This document shows positions 16,035 to 17,758 of a stretch of 17,758 nt of DNA, piece by piece (the first letter of the stretch is position 1; every line of letters begins with the position of its first letter). The position numbers and the translations under genes were made by a program. The notes below the pieces were generated by a model. That model ran no database searches, was not told the origin of the DNA, and was given only the letters and a program-made list of their open reading frames with translations. The stretch comes from Candidatus Methylomirabilia bacterium (lineage in GTDB: Bacteria; Methylomirabilota; Methylomirabilia; Rokubacteriales; CSP1-6): positions 1 through 17,758 of the forward strand of contig JBGQHJ010000101.1 in NCBI GenBank assembly GCA_041497895.1, written 5' to 3'.

Positions 16035-17282
16035 ATGGCCAGATCCCGAGTGCGGCAGGTCATCGCCGGGCTGGACGTGGGCACGACCAAGATCTGCTGC
16101 GTCATCGCCGACTGGTCGCCGGTCGGCAACCTGGACATCGTGGGCGTGGGGACGAGCCCGTCCCGCGGCCTCCGCAAGGGCGTGGTGGTCAACATCGACT
16201 CGACGGTGGAGTCGATCAAGCACGCGGTGGCGGAGGCCGAGGAGATGGCGGGCGTCGAGATCCCCTCGGTGATCGCGGGGGTCGCGGGCGGCCACATCCG
16301 CGGCATCAACAGCCGCGGGGTGGTGGCGGTCTCGGGCAAGCACCGCGAGGTGAGCCAGGCCGACATCGACCGCGCGCTCGACGCGGCGCGGGCGGTCAAC
16401 CTGCCCCAGGACCGCGAGATCATCCACGTGCTGCCCCAGACCTTCCTGGTCGACGACCAGGACGGGGTGAAGGAGCCGCTCGGCATGTCGGGGGTGCGCC
16501 TCGAGGTGGAGGTGCACCTCGTGACCGGGGCCACCACCTCGGTGCGCAACGTGGTCCGGAGCGTGAACCGGGCCGGGCTGCAGGTGCAGGACCTGGTGCT
16601 GGAGCCGCTCGCCTCCGCGGAGGCGGTCATCTCCACCGAGGAGAAGGAGCTCGGCATCCTCCTCATCGACCTGGGCGGCGGCACCACCGACGTGGCCCTC
16701 TTCCGCGACGGCGCGGTGTGGCACACCAGCAGCCTGCCGCTCGGCGGTGACCACATCTCCAACGACATCGCGGTGGGGCTGCGGACGCCGACCGCGGACG
16801 CGGAGGAGCTCAAGAAGCGCCACGGCTGCGCGCTCACCGCGCTGGTCCGCGAGGACGAGGTGGTGGACGTGCCGAGCGTGGGCGGGCGTAAGGCGCGGCA
16901 GCTGTCGCGGCAGATCCTGTCCGAGATCATCCAGCCGCGCGTCGAGGAGATCTTCACCCTGGTCGCGCGCGATCTGGTACGGGCCGGGCTCAACGACGTG
17001 GCCGCGGGCGGGGTGGTGGTCACCGGTGGGAGCTCGATCATGCACGGGGTGCCCGAGCTGGCCGAGCAGGTCTTCGACATGCCGGTGCGCCGGGGAGTGC
17101 CCGCGGGGCTCTCCGGCCTGGCCGACGTGGTGCAGAGCCCCATCCACGCCACCGCGGTGGGGCTGGCCCTCTACGGCGCGCGTGGTCACGGCACCGGCGG
17201 TGGGGCCACCGAGATGGAGGACGGCACGCTGGTCGGGCGCACCGGCCGGCGGCTGCGGGACTGGTTTGCGGAGCTCTTCTAG
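16035..17282 (+). CDS. ftsA: Cell division protein FtsA
   Basis: SD GAGGAGG. GLDVGTTKI, SRGLRKGVVVNID, PLGMSGVRLE, IDLGGGTTD, GGDHISNDI, VVTGG and the C-terminal amphipathic membrane helix RLRDWFAELF. Confidence 0.97.
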   Translation: MARSRVRQVIAGLDVGTTKICCVIADWSPVGNLDIVGVGTSPSRGLRKGVVVNIDSTVESIKHAVAEAEEMAGVEIPSVIAGVAGGHIRGINSRGVVAVSGKHREVSQADIDRALDAARAVNLPQDREIIHVLPQTFLVDDQDGVKEPLGMSGVRLEVEVHLVTGATTSVRNVVRSVNRAGLQVQDLVLEPLASAEAVISTEEKELGILLIDLGGGTTDVALFRDGAVWHTSSLPLGGDHISNDIAVGLRTPTADAEELKKRHGCALTALVREDEVVDVPSVGGRKARQLSRQILSEIIQPRVEEIFTLVARDLVRAGLNDVAAGGVVVTGGSSIMHGVPELAEQVFDMPVRRGVPAGLSGLADVVQSPIHATAVGLALYGARGHGTGGGATEMEDGTLVGRTGRRLRDWFAELF

Positions 17283-17421
17283 GAAAGGCGGCGGGGGCAA
17301 GCCCCCGCGTGCCGCCGGACAGGCGGAGCTGTTCACCACCATGCCGCCCGTCCGGGCGCGGCATCCAGAAGGACGATCTCCGGGGGACCGATCCCCGCGG
17401 GGGGAAGCCAAGGAGGGGTCG

Positions 17422-17758
17422 ATGGAGCACACTCAGGGGCGGCGGCCGGTGTTCGAGCTGGAAGAGGAGCGCGAGGCGGCGAAGATCAAGGTGATCGGCC
17501 TCGGCGGGGGCGGCTCCAACGCCGTCAACCGCATGATGGCGGCCTCGTTCACCGGCGTCGACTTCATCGTGGGGAACACCGACCTACAGGCCCTCCGCTC
17601 GTCGCCCGCGCCGGTGAAGCTGCAGCTCGGCGCCCGGCTGACCGGCTGGCTCGGCGCCGGGTCGGATCCCGAGGTCGGCAAGAACGCGGCCCTCGAGGAC
17701 CGCGACGAGATCAAGCAGGTGCTCGAGGGCGCCGACATGGTGTTCGTGACCGCGGGCC
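17422..17758 (+). CDS. ftsZ: Cell division protein FtsZ, N-terminal part (runs off the window; not in the ORF track)
   Basis: SD AAGGAGG at 17410-17416 and ATG 17422. Manual translation: MEHTQGRRPVFELEEEREAAKIKVIGLGGGGSNAVNRM...NTDLQAL...LGAGSDPEVGKNAA...GADMVFVTAG. Confidence 0.97.
   Translation, partial: MEHTQGRRPVFELEEEREAAKIKVIGLGGGGSNAVNRMMAASFTGVDFIVGNTDLQALRSSPAPVKLQLGARLTGWLGAGSDPEVGKNAALEDRDEIKQVLEGADMVFVTAG

Noticed and set aside
11287..17282. Apparent N-terminally extended FtsW (11287), MurC (11697), FtsQ (14176) and FtsA (15369) in the ORF track
   Set aside because: The extensions are shadow frames of the upstream genes. Homology and SD/overlap signals begin at 11776, 12876, about 15160 and 16035. 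None hides a MurG or Ddl.
17291..17308. Intrinsic terminator after ftsA
   Set aside because: The strong hairpin has no downstream U-tract and ftsZ follows on the same strand; reported as a structured leader instead.
14927..17649. TGG codon reassignment as an explanation for Trp at conserved MurB and FtsZ positions
   Set aside because: The two sites would need different amino acids (Cys/Ser versus Gly), and TGG encodes expected Trp elsewhere (MraZ FEIW, MraY FLWFN, FtsA RDWF).

Overview
Very high-GC bacterial chromosomal DNA (roughly 70% by eye), with all credible genes on the + strand. The window begins with the 3' part of an amidase-family gene, a lone PilW-like prepilin gene and an M48-family lipoprotein metalloprotease. 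A sigma70-type promoter with MraZ-box-like repeats then precedes a tightly coupled division/cell-wall (dcw) cluster: mraZ-rsmH-ftsL-ftsI-murE-murF-mraY-murD-ftsW-murC-murB-ftsQ-ftsA-ftsZ (ftsZ truncated by the window end). This is mostly conserved housekeeping DNA, and I see no convincing new multi-gene system, mobile element, CRISPR array or RNA gene. The departures worth checking are: (1) murG and ddl are missing from their usual slots, with clean stop/start overlaps; (2) MurB has Trp at the catalytic Ser/Cys position; (3) FtsZ has Trp at a conserved Gly; (4) RsmH has a repeat-containing N-terminal extension of about 65 aa; (5) the M48 gene looks leaderless, with its -10 box built from the upstream stop codon; (6) several structured intergenic regions. 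The MurE DNPR motif points to meso-DAP peptidoglycan. The overall style is reminiscent of Rokubacteria/Methylomirabilota or related high-GC diderms, but that is an unverified impression.
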